Positions 1 through 8,378 of a stretch of DNA of 32,000 bases are shown piece after piece. A program made the position numbers and the translations under genes. The first letter of the stretch is position 1. Every line of letters begins with the position of its first letter. The stretch is from Delftia acidovorans NBRC 14950 (GTDB lineage Bacteria; Pseudomonadota; Gammaproteobacteria; Burkholderiales; Burkholderiaceae_C), in NCBI RefSeq assembly GCF_001598795.1, contig NZ_BCZP01000006.1:297008-329007 (forward strand), given 5' to 3'. The notes under the pieces were generated by a model, which saw nothing but the letters and a program-made list of their open reading frames with translations, was not told the DNA's origin and made no database searches.

Positions 1-3000
1 CCACTTGGGATTGGTGACGCGCGAGCGCACCACGCGCGCAATCTCTTCCTTGAGCGAGCGCACGCGCGGCTGGGCCGGGTTGGCGTGGTCGCCGTGGTAG
101 AGCGCGGGCTGGCGGCCCGAGAGGTGGCGCACGGCCGAGGCCATGCCGCCCTGGAACTGGAAGTAGTCGCCCGAGTCGAGGATGTCGTGCTCGCGGCTGT
201 CCTGGTTGTGGGCCACCACGTCGAGCTCGCCCAGGCGGCGGCGCAGCGCATCGCCTGCGGGCACGCCCTCGGCGTCCTGGCCGTAGGCGTGCTGGCTCCA
301 GCCCAGGTAGGCCTGGGCCAGGTCGGCATCGCCCTGCCAATCACCGCTCTGGAACAGTCCGCCCAGGCCCGATCCATAGTGGCCGGGCGGCGCGCCGAAC
401 ACGCGCCAGCCGGCCTGCAGGCGGGCCTGCACGGCGTCCATGCCCTGCGCCTGCAGTTGCTCGGCCTCGGCCAGGATGCGCGCGCGTATGGGGTTGTCCT
501 CGGCGTCTTCGTCCAGCGCGGCCACGGCCTGCACGGCCGCATCGAACATCTGCACGGCGCCCGGGAAGGCGTCGCGGAAAAAGCCCGAGATGCGCAGCGT
601 CACATCCACGCGCGGCCGGCCCATGCCCACGCGCGGCACCACCTCGAAGTCCACCACGCGCTGGCTGCCGGACGCCCATTTGGGGCGCACGCCGATCAGC
701 GCAAAGGCCTGGGCGATGTCGTCGCCGCCCGTGCGCATGGTGGCCGTGCCCCAGACCGACAGGCCCAGGGTGCGCGGGTACTCGCCATGCTCCTGCAGAT
801 AGCGCTCCAGCAGCCTGAGCGTGGCCTGCTGGCCCAGCTCCCAGGCGGCCTGGGTGGGAATGGCGCGCGTGTCCAGCGTGTAGAAATTGCGCCCCGTGGG
901 CAGCACGTCGGGCCGCCCGCGCGAGGGTGAGCCGCTGGGCCCGGGCGGCACGAAGCGGCCCTGCAGCCCGCGCAGCAGCTGGCGCAGTTCCTCGCCGCCG
1001 CAGGCATCCAGCGCGGGCGCCAGCACGGCATGCACCTGTTCCAGCGCGGCGCGTGTCTGCGGCCAGTCACCGGCCGGGGCCTCACCTTCCAGCAGTTGCT
1101 GGGCCAGCAGTTCCAGGCGCTCGCGCGTGTCGCCCTCATGGCGCCAGGGCTCGTCGCTCACGGCCTGCAGGGCGGCGGGGCGCGCGCCGATCCAGGGGCG
1201 TGCAGGCTCCATGCGCAGCGGGTCGAACCCGGGGCTGTCCAGCAGGTCGGCGGCCAGCGCCTGTATCAGGCCCTGGCCTTCGTCCGACGGGAAGCGCGCC
1301 AGCGCCAGCAGCGTGTCGCGGCGCTGGCGCCCTTGCGGCGAGGCGCCGAAGACATGCAGGCCGTCGCGGATCTGGGTTTCCTTGAGCTCGCACAGGTAGG
1401 CGTCTATGCGTTCGAGCACGGCATCGTCGTCCTGCGCGGCACCGGGCGCCAGGTCCAGCTCCTGGTCCAGGTGCTGGCGGCGCACGATGTCCAGGATCTG
1501 GCGGCGCAGCAGCGCGCCGCGCCGCGCATCGACCAGCAGGGCATCGTAGTACTCGTCCACCAGGCGCTCCAGGTCCTGCAGCGGGCCGTGGTTTTCGGCG
1601 CGCGTCAGCGGCGGCATCAGGTGGTCGATGATCACGGCCTGGCTGCGGCGCTTGGCCTGGGCGCCTTCGCCGGGATCGTTGACGATGAAGGGGTACAGGT
1701 GCGGCAGCGGGCCCAGGATGGCATCGGGCCAGCACGCGCCCGACAGCGCCAGGCTCTTGCCCGGCAGCCATTCGAGGTTGCCATGCTTGCCCACGTGGAC
1801 CATGGCGTCCACGGCAAAGCGGTCGCGCAGCCAGAAGTAGAAGGCCAGGTAGCCGTGGGGCGGCACCAGCTCGGCATCGTGGTAGCTCGCATAGTCCTGC
1901 GCGCCCATGCCTTTACCGCCCAATGCACGCGCCGGCTGTATGCCGACAAAGACATGGCCCAGGCGCAGGCCCGCGATCATGAAGCGGCCCTGGCGCAGCA
2001 GCGGGTCGGCCTCGGGCGCGCCCCAGCGCGCAGTGATGGCGTCGGCCATGCCGTCCGGCAGCGCGGCCAGGCGCGCCAGGTACTCGTCCAGCGCATAGCT
2101 TTGCCAAGCCGGGCGCAGCGGCCACTGGGCTGGGTCGTTGGCAATGCCCTGCTGCAGGGTGTGCATCAGCGCCTCGCCATCGGCGGGCAGCTGCGCGGGG
2201 TCGCCCAGCTCGTGTCCTTCGGCAGCCAGGTGCTGCAGGATGGCGATCACCGAGGCCGGCGTATCCAGCCCCACGCCGCTGCCGATGCGGCCTTCGCTGC
2301 CCGGATAGTTGGCCAGCACCAGGGCCAGGCGCTTGTCGCGCGCGGGCAGGCTGCGCAGGCGGCACCAGCGCCAGGCCAGGTCGGCCACGAAATCCACGCG
2401 GTCGGGCTCGGGCTGGTAGGCCACCACGTCGGCCTGGGTGAAGGCGCAGCGGTGGGACAGGCCCTTGAAGCTGATGGCGCGCGTGATGATGCGGCCATCC
2501 ATCTCCGGCAGCACCACCTGCATGGCGATGTCGCGCGGGCGCAGGCCCTGGCTGTCGGCCCACCAGTCCTCGCGGTTGCCACCGCTGGCAATGACTTGCA
2601 GCACGGGCGCATCGCCGGCCAGGGCCGTGCCCGATTCCAGCGCCGAGAACGCCGTGGTGTTGAGCACCAGCTGCACGGCATGGTCTTCGCAGAGCTGGCG
2701 CAGGGTGGCCAGGCACAGCGGGTCCTTGAGCGAGTCCAGCGCCACGGGCAGCGGGTTCATGCCGCGCTGCTGCAGCGACAGGGCCATGGCGTCGAAGGCC
2801 GCCGTATTGCCCGCCAGCAGGTGGGAGCGGTAGAACACCAGGGCCACGGTGGGCGCGCCCGGCGTCCAGGCGCGCTGCAGGTCGTCGATGCCGGCCACGT
2901 CATGGGCATGGGCCTGGACCTGGGCATGGCTCCGGGCAGCGAACAGCGCGGGGGGAACGTGGACAGCCGCCTGCGGCAGGGTGCGCGGCGGCAGCGGCGC

Positions 3001-3510
3001 ATCGCCCCGGTCCAGCCCGTGGTAGACGGTGGCCTTGAGGAATTCGCGCGCATTGGCCGCGCCGCCCGAGCGCAGGTATTGCCACAGCTGGCGGCAGGCG
3101 GCGGCCGGCAGCGTGCTGCGCGCCAGCAGGTGCGGGTCTTCCTGCAGGTCACCCGAGAACATGGCCAGGCGCTGGCCCTTGCGGCGCGCCAGAGAGCCGA
3201 TCTGCTCGATGCCGTAGGGCCAGGCCGATTCCGAGCCCAGGTGGTCCACGATGACCACGCGCGCATGGCGCAGCACCTCGTCCACATACAGGTCCAGCGA
3301 GGCCGGCTGGCGCAGGTACAGCAGATTGGCCAGCCGCACCGAAGGAAAGTCCGCCGACGCCCCGGCCAGCGCGGCCACGGCCGAGGACAGCAGGGCCAGC
3401 GTGGTGTCGGCCGAGCTCAGGATGACGATGTCGGCCGGCGTCTGGTCGAGGCGGGTGACGATGCTCTCGTCCTCGACGAAGCCGCCGGGGCGCGTGGACA
3501 GCAGGTGCAT
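1..3510 (-). CDS. cobN: Cobaltochelatase subunit CobN, C-terminally truncated by the window edge
   Basis: I translated the minus strand myself. This ORF is absent from the track because it has no stop inside the window. The ATG is the reverse complement of 3508-3510 and gives MHLLSTRPGGFVEDESIVTRLDQTPADIVILSSADTTLALL..., a typical CobN N-terminus. The frame stays open for 1170 codons to position 1. The last residues, ...RSLKEEIARVVRSRVTNPKW, match the conserved CobN C-terminal region. It lies directly downstream of cobW. Confidence 0.9.
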   Translation of the reverse strand, partial: MHLLSTRPGGFVEDESIVTRLDQTPADIVILSSADTTLALLSSAVAALAGASADFPSVRLANLLYLRQPASLDLYVDEVLRHARVVIVDHLGSESAWPYGIEQIGSLARRKGQRLAMFSGDLQEDPHLLARSTLPAAACRQLWQYLRSGGAANAREFLKATVYHGLDRGDAPLPPRTLPQAAVHVPPALFAARSHAQVQAHAHDVAGIDDLQRAWTPGAPTVALVFYRSHLLAGNTAAFDAMALSLQQRGMNPLPVALDSLKDPLCLATLRQLCEDHAVQLVLNTTAFSALESGTALAGDAPVLQVIASGGNREDWWADSQGLRPRDIAMQVVLPEMDGRIITRAISFKGLSHRCAFTQADVVAYQPEPDRVDFVADLAWRWCRLRSLPARDKRLALVLANYPGSEGRIGSGVGLDTPASVIAILQHLAAEGHELGDPAQLPADGEALMHTLQQGIANDPAQWPLRPAWQSYALDEYLARLAALPDGMADAITARWGAPEADPLLRQGRFMIAGLRLGHVFVGIQPARALGGKGMGAQDYASYHDAELVPPHGYLAFYFWLRDRFAVDAMVHVGKHGNLEWLPGKSLALSGACWPDAILGPLPHLYPFIVNDPGEGAQAKRRSQAVIIDHLMPPLTRAENHGPLQDLERLVDEYYDALLVDARRGALLRRQILDIVRRQHLDQELDLAPGAAQDDDAVLERIDAYLCELKETQIRDGLHVFGASPQGRQRRDTLLALARFPSDEGQGLIQALAADLLDSPGFDPLRMEPARPWIGARPAALQAVSDEPWRHEGDTRERLELLAQQLLEGEAPAGDWPQTRAALEQVHAVLAPALDACGGEELRQLLRGLQGRFVPPGPSGSPSRGRPDVLPTGRNFYTLDTRAIPTQAAWELGQQATLRLLERYLQEHGEYPRTLGLSVWGTATMRTGGDDIAQAFALIGVRPKWASGSQRVVDFEVVPRVGMGRPRVDVTLRISGFFRDAFPGAVQMFDAAVQAVAALDEDAEDNPIRARILAEAEQLQAQGMDAVQARLQAGWRVFGAPPGHYGSGLGGLFQSGDWQGDADLAQAYLGWSQHAYGQDAEGVPAGDALRRRLGELDVVAHNQDSREHDILDSGDYFQFQGGMASAVRHLSGRQPALYHGDHANPAQPRVRSLKEEIARVVRSRVTNPKW

Positions 3511-3539
3511 GGAACAGGTTTCAGTGCGGAATCGGAAGG

Positions 3540-4589
3540 TCAGGCGGCCACATTCTCCAGGCCCTTGCGCAGCGCTGCTTCGTCAAGGTCTTGCCCGATG
3601 AACACCAGGCGCGTGCCGCGTGCCTCGCCCTCGCGCCAGGCGCGGTCGAAATGGTGGTCGAAGCGGCGGCCCACGCCCTGCAGCAGCCAGCGCATGGGCT
3701 TGCCCGGGATCTCTGCAAAGCCCTTGACGCGCAGGATGCTGTGCTGCTCCACCAGCGTCTCCAGCGCGGCCAGCAGGCGGTCGCGGTCCACGGCGGGCAG
3801 GTCGATCACGTAGGAGTCGAAGTCGTCGTGGTCATGGTCCTCGTCGTGGTCATGGTGGCTCACGCGCTGGTCGATGGTGGTCTCGGCCGCCTTGGCCAGG
3901 CCCAGCACCACGTCCAGCGGCAGGCGGCCCTGGGACGATTGCACGATCTTGACCTCGGGCGGCAGCTCCTCGCGCACCAGGGCGGTCACGCGGGCCAGGG
4001 CCTCGGCATCGGCCAGGTCGGTCTTGTTGAGCACCACCAGGTCGGCCGCGCCCAGCTGGTCCTCGAACAGTTCGTGCAGCGGCGATTCGTGGTCCAGGTT
4101 GGGGTCGGCGCGGCGCAGCTCGTCCACGGCCTGGGGATTGGCGGCGAACTGGCCGCTGGCGGCCGCTGGCGTGTCCACCACGGTGACCACCGCGTCCACG
4201 GTGAACACGTTGGCGATCTCGGGCCACTGGAAGGCCTGGACCAGGGGCTTGGGCAGGGCCAGGCCCGAGGTCTCGATGATCACGGCATCGATCTGGTCGC
4301 GGCGCTCGGCCAGCGCGCGCATCACGGGGAAGAACTCTTCCTGCACCGTGCAGCACATGCAGCCGTTGGCCAGCTCGTACAGCGCGCCTTCGCGCTCGTT
4401 GCCGTCGTCGTCGCAGCCGATGCCGCAGCCCTTGAGGATCTCGCCGTCGATGCCCAGCTCGCCGAACTCGTTGACGATCACAGCGATTCGCCGGCCATCG
4501 GCGTTGTCCAGGATGTGGCGCAGCAGCGTGGTCTTGCCGCTGCCCAGGAAGCCGGTGACGATGGTGGCGGGAATCTTGGCGGTTTGCAT
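3540..4589 (-). CDS. cobW: Cobalamin biosynthesis protein CobW (COG0523 G3E-family metallochaperone GTPase)
   Basis: 349 aa. P-loop GFLGSGKTTLL, CxCC metal motif (GCMCC) and a His/Asp-rich stretch HHDHDEDHDHDD. A GGAGAA RBS precedes the ATG. It sits immediately upstream of cobN. Confidence 0.92.
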   Translation of the reverse strand: MQTAKIPATIVTGFLGSGKTTLLRHILDNADGRRIAVIVNEFGELGIDGEILKGCGIGCDDDGNEREGALYELANGCMCCTVQEEFFPVMRALAERRDQIDAVIIETSGLALPKPLVQAFQWPEIANVFTVDAVVTVVDTPAAASGQFAANPQAVDELRRADPNLDHESPLHELFEDQLGAADLVVLNKTDLADAEALARVTALVREELPPEVKIVQSSQGRLPLDVVLGLAKAAETTIDQRVSHHDHDEDHDHDDFDSYVIDLPAVDRDRLLAALETLVEQHSILRVKGFAEIPGKPMRWLLQGVGRRFDHHFDRAWREGEARGTRLVFIGQDLDEAALRKGLENVAA

Positions 4590-4616
4590 GGAAGGTTCTC
4601 CAGAAAAAAGAGGAAG

Positions 4617-5639
4617 TCAGACGGTGGCGAAAGGCACGGCGCTGCGCAATGAAGGGAGAACCTCCTGCGCAAACAGTTCCATGCCGGCGAGGGCCTGGGC
4701 ATCGCTCCACAGGCCGTTGGCGTTGAAGACGCAGCGCAGCTGGCCAATGCCCGTGCGCTCGCGCAATGCGGTGATCTGCGCATGGCACTGCTCGGGCGTG
4801 CCATGGATGAATTGTTCGGCCAGCACGCGCGGCACATCGATGGGCAGCACCTGGTCGGCCGGCACGCCGCGCTTGCCCGCAAAGTACACGCGCCGCTGGT
4901 ACAGCTGCGGCCACAGCGTGGCCAGCTGGGCCTGCACGGCGGCCTCATCGGCACCGATGCAGACATAGCGCGCCAGCGATGAACGCGCACGCAGCGCGGC
5001 GGCATCGCGCCCGCGCTCCCGGGCAGCGGCCTCCAGGCGCTCCAGCTGTGTGCCTTCGGGCGGCTCCAGGCTCAGCAGCAGGGGCAGATTCTGATCGACG
5101 GCAAAGCCCAGGGTCTCTGCCGTGGAGCCGGCCACATACAAGGGAGGATGCGGACGCTGCACGGTCGAAGGCAGGGCGGGCCGGTCCTCGAAGCTCCACG
5201 GCCCCTGCCCCGCCACGATGAGCCTGCCGGACAGCGCCTCCACCAGAATGCGGCAGGACTGCGCAAAGCGTTCGCGCGTGCTGTCCGCATCGATCTGCAG
5301 GGCGCGCAGCGCGGCCGGCTCCGTGCCCCGGCCCACGCCCACGTCGATGCGGCCGGCGCTTTGCAGGTCCAGCTGGGCAATCTCCTCGGCCAGCATCAGC
5401 GGGTGGTGCAGCGGCAGCACAAGCACCGAGGTGCCCACGCGCAGCCGCTCGGTGCGCGCCAGCACGGCGGCGGCCAGCAGCAGGGGCGAGGGATAGGGCC
5501 AGGCGGTATCGGGCACGCGGAATTCGTTGAACCACACGCCCTGGAAACCCAGGCGCTCGGCGCGCTCGAACAGCGCCAGGAATTCACGGTGCCCGCCGCG
5601 CGTGGCGTCGCGCGTCCAGCCGGCCAGATCGATGCGCAT
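4617..5639 (-). CDS. LLM-class (luciferase-like) flavin-dependent oxidoreductase
   Basis: 340 aa. MRIDLAGW...FQGVWFNEF...LLLAAAVLARTERLRVGTSVLVLPLHHPLMLAEEIAQLDLQSAGRIDVGVGRG is the typical LLM TIM-barrel signature. It is packed between the ABC ATPase (4-nt gap) and cobW (27-nt gap). Confidence 0.85.
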   Translation of the reverse strand: MRIDLAGWTRDATRGGHREFLALFERAERLGFQGVWFNEFRVPDTAWPYPSPLLLAAAVLARTERLRVGTSVLVLPLHHPLMLAEEIAQLDLQSAGRIDVGVGRGTEPAALRALQIDADSTRERFAQSCRILVEALSGRLIVAGQGPWSFEDRPALPSTVQRPHPPLYVAGSTAETLGFAVDQNLPLLLSLEPPEGTQLERLEAAARERGRDAAALRARSSLARYVCIGADEAAVQAQLATLWPQLYQRRVYFAGKRGVPADQVLPIDVPRVLAEQFIHGTPEQCHAQITALRERTGIGQLRCVFNANGLWSDAQALAGMELFAQEVLPSLRSAVPFATV

Positions 5640-5643
5640 GGGT

Positions 5644-6411
5644 TCAGTTCTCCTGTTTCAGCCGCGCGCGCAGCAAGGTTTGCGGAGGTGCGTCGATGCG
5701 CTCGAAATCCACGCCGAAGACGGCATCCAGCCCCGGCGCATGCAGCAGCTCGGCAGGGGCCCCATCGAGCGCAATGCGCCCCTGGTCCAGCACGATGACG
5801 CGCCCGAAGTGCGCCAGCGCCAGGTCCAGGTCATGCATGACCACCAGCACCAGCCGCTCGCGCCCGCGCTGCGCCAGCGCCTGCACCAGGGCCAGGCGGT
5901 GGCGCACGTCCAGCGCGGCGCCGGGCTCGTCGGCCAGCAGCACGGGCGGGTCGGTGGCCAGCACGGTGGCCAGCAGGGCACGCGCCTGCTCGCCGCCGGA
6001 CAGCGTGGACCAGCGCCTGCGCGCGAAATCCTGCAGCCCGGCGCCGGCAATGGCCGCCTCGACATCACCCCGTCCCGCCAGCCGCATGTGCATGAGCTCG
6101 GCCAGCGTCAGGTCCCAGTGCGGCGCAAAGCGCTGGGGCATGTAGCCCACGCGGCGTGCGCGCTCGGCCACGGGCAGGGTTGCAATGTCTTGCCCGTCCA
6201 GCAGCACGCTGCCGGATGCAGGCGCCTGCAGCCCCGCCAGCAGGGACAGCAGGCTGGACTTGCCCGCGCCATTGGGTCCCACCAGGGCCACGGCGCCGCA
6301 GGCGGGCAGCTGCAGCGAGACGGCGTCCAGCACACTGCGGCCACGATGGCGCAGCGTGAGGGACCGGGCCTGCAGGCGTGGCACGGCGTCGTCCATGGCT
6401 TGATCGTTCAT
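5644..6411 (-). CDS. btuD: ABC transporter ATP-binding protein, iron-siderophore/cobalamin type (BtuD/FecE-like)
   Basis: 255 aa. Walker A GPNGAGKSS, signature LSGGEQ and Walker B LLLADEP. The start overlaps the permease stop (ATGA at 6408-6411 on the minus strand). The symbol rests only on the B12-riboswitch context. Confidence 0.8.
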   Translation of the reverse strand: MNDQAMDDAVPRLQARSLTLRHRGRSVLDAVSLQLPACGAVALVGPNGAGKSSLLSLLAGLQAPASGSVLLDGQDIATLPVAERARRVGYMPQRFAPHWDLTLAELMHMRLAGRGDVEAAIAGAGLQDFARRRWSTLSGGEQARALLATVLATDPPVLLADEPGAALDVRHRLALVQALAQRGRERLVLVVMHDLDLALAHFGRVIVLDQGRIALDGAPAELLHAPGLDAVFGVDFERIDAPPQTLLRARLKQEN

Positions 6412-7430
6412 GCGGACCTCAGCCTGCGCGCGAGCAGCACGATGAAGAAGGGCCCGCCGGCCACGGCCGTGACCAGGCCCAGCGGGATCTCGGCCGGCGG
6501 CAGCACGCTGCGCGCAATGGCATCGGCCAGCGTGACGATGATGGCGCCCGTGAGCGCCGACGCCGGCAGGGCCGCGCGGTGCAGCGGTCCCGCCATCCAG
6601 CGCGCGATGTGCGGCGCAGCCAGGCCCACGAAGGCCACCAGCCCGCCATAGGCCACGGCCACGGCCACCACCAGCGAGCCGGCCAGCACGGCCAGCGGCG
6701 TAAAGCGCGCCACGTCCAGGCCGAAGCCCTGGGCCGCATCCTGTCCCAGGCCCAGCAGGTCCAGCCCGCGCGCCAGCGCCATGGCCCCGGCCAGGCAGGC
6801 CAGGGAGGCACCGGCCAGCAGGCCCAGCCCGCTCCAGGACGGCGTCTGTATGCCCCCCAGCACCCAGCTGAGCACCACCTGCAGGCTCACCGTCTCATCG
6901 GACAGCGCCAGCATCAGGAACGAGCGCAGCGCGCCCAGCACGGCCGCCAGCGCCACGCCGGCCAGCAGCATGCCGGCCGCATCGGTGGCACCGGCCACGC
7001 GCGAGACGGCCAGCACCAGCACGGTCGAACCCCAGGCGCCCGCAAAGGCCAGCACGGGCAGCGTCCAGGCCTGGGACAGGCCGAACAATAGATGCATGGG
7101 AACCAGCAGGGCGACAGTCGCCCCCAGCGCCGCGCCGCCCGAGGCGCCCAGCAGATAGGGCTCGGCCAGCGGATTGCGGAACACGCCCTGGAAGATGGCG
7201 CCCGACAGGCCCAGCAGCGCGCCCACCAGGGCGGCTGCCAGCACGCGCGGCACGCGCCACTGCAGCAGCAGCCGGCTGCGCAGGCTGTCTTCGCCGCCCA
7301 GCGCGGCCAGCAGGTCGGCCGGGCTGGCCCACTGGTGGCCCGCGCAGGCGGCGATCAGCAGGCTGGCCAGCAGCAGCAGGACCGCACCGGCCCAGGGGCG
7401 CCACGCAGGTGTCCGTGAAAGGGAATTCAT
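6408..7430 (-). CDS. btuC: FecCD-family ABC permease (BtuC-like)
   Basis: The track ORF 6408-8288 has a 286-aa Arg/Gly/Ala-rich N-terminal extension that overlaps the binding-protein gene. The credible start is the ATG at 7428-7430 (MNSLSRTPAWRPWAGAVLLLLASLL...). That gives 340 aa of multi-pass hydrophobic sequence with FecCD motifs (FRNPLAEPYLLGASGGAALG). The junction with the upstream gene is an ATGA overlap. Confidence 0.85.
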   Translation of the reverse strand: MNSLSRTPAWRPWAGAVLLLLASLLIAACAGHQWASPADLLAALGGEDSLRSRLLLQWRVPRVLAAALVGALLGLSGAIFQGVFRNPLAEPYLLGASGGAALGATVALLVPMHLLFGLSQAWTLPVLAFAGAWGSTVLVLAVSRVAGATDAAGMLLAGVALAAVLGALRSFLMLALSDETVSLQVVLSWVLGGIQTPSWSGLGLLAGASLACLAGAMALARGLDLLGLGQDAAQGFGLDVARFTPLAVLAGSLVVAVAVAYGGLVAFVGLAAPHIARWMAGPLHRAALPASALTGAIIVTLADAIARSVLPPAEIPLGLVTAVAGGPFFIVLLARRLRSA

Positions 7431-8368
7431 GCGGCCTCCCCGGCCCAGGCCGCAGGGTGCAGCCAGCGCGAGAGCTTTTCCACGCCGCCAAAGGTGCGCG
7501 GCCCGGGAATCAGGAACTCGGCACGCGCCACCGTGGTGGCCCGGCCGCCGCGCACGGCACGCAGGTCGCGCCAGCCGCGCTGGCCGATCAGGTCCTGCAT
7601 GGCCTCCTGCGTGCCTGCGAACAGCAGCACGTCGGGGTCGGCGGCCAGCACGGCCTCGGGCGAGACCTGGGGCACCGTGCCCAGGCCGTCCAGCGCGAAC
7701 GCGGCGCCCGCGCGCACCATGGCCTCGCCGGTATAGGTGCCAGGGCGTGCCGCCAGCAGCATGCCGTTGCCCAGCCGGCCCGTGACCATGAGGGCGCGCG
7801 GTCGGGGCTGGCCGGCCACCTGCCGGTCCACGCGCAGCAGCCGCGCTTCCTGCGCCAGGGCCAGCGCCTGGCCGCGCGCCTGCACGCCCGTGGCGCGGGC
7901 CACCAGGCGCAGGTTGTCCATCACCTCGGCCAGCGAGCGGCTGAGCAGCACCATCACCGGCACGCCGATGCGCTCCATGGGATCGACCAGCTGGTGCGCC
8001 GCCTGGCGCGCGGGCGTGACGATGACCAGGTCCGGCTGGCGCGCCACCACGGCGTCCACCGAAAACCCCAGCCGCCCGCCCACCTTGGGAATGCGCTCCA
8101 CGCCCGGTGGAAAGCGCGTGAAATCCTCCACGCCCACCACGCGGTCCAGCAGGCCCAGCGCGGCCACCAGCTCGGTGTTGGAGGCAAAGATGGAGACGAT
8201 GCGCTGCGGCGGCGCAGCAATCTCCACGCGCCGGCCCAGCGCATCCTGCAGCACCACCGGACCGCCTGCAGCGACGGTGTCGGCCCATGCCGCGGGCAGG
8301 CCGCAGCCCAGGGCCGCCGCCGCGCCCTGGCGCAGCAACTGGCGGCGCGTGGTGCTGGATTGCTTCAT
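7427..8368 (-). CDS. btuF: Periplasmic ABC substrate-binding protein, cluster A / BtuF-FecB-like, with a Tat-type signal
   Basis: 313 aa. The N-terminus MKQSSTTRRQLLRQGAAAALGCGLPAAWA carries a twin-arginine motif. The body resembles periplasmic-binding-protein family 2 (RIVSIFASNTELVAALGLLDRVVGV...PDLVIV). The symbol rests only on riboswitch context. Confidence 0.8.
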   Translation of the reverse strand: MKQSSTTRRQLLRQGAAAALGCGLPAAWADTVAAGGPVVLQDALGRRVEIAAPPQRIVSIFASNTELVAALGLLDRVVGVEDFTRFPPGVERIPKVGGRLGFSVDAVVARQPDLVIVTPARQAAHQLVDPMERIGVPVMVLLSRSLAEVMDNLRLVARATGVQARGQALALAQEARLLRVDRQVAGQPRPRALMVTGRLGNGMLLAARPGTYTGEAMVRAGAAFALDGLGTVPQVSPEAVLAADPDVLLFAGTQEAMQDLIGQRGWRDLRAVRGGRATTVARAEFLIPGPRTFGGVEKLSRWLHPAAWAGEAA

Positions 8369-8378
8369 GCCATGGTCC

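Noticed and set aside
1030-3813. 927-aa plus-strand ORF, the longest in this part of the track
   Set aside because: Its translation is Ala/Arg/Gly/Gln-rich low-complexity sequence with no recognisable motifs. It lies antisense to a minus-strand frame that I could read as CobN from start codon to window edge. This is a typical high-GC shadow ORF.
3700-3860. His/Asp-rich stretch of CobW as something unusual
   Set aside because: Metal-binding His-rich inserts are a normal feature of COG0523/CobW proteins.
7431-8288. N-terminal 286 aa of the 626-aa ORF 6408-8288
   Set aside because: This part is Arg/Gly/Ala-rich junk that fully overlaps the binding-protein gene in another frame. The permease-like sequence begins at the ATG at 7430, which forms an ATGA junction with the upstream gene.
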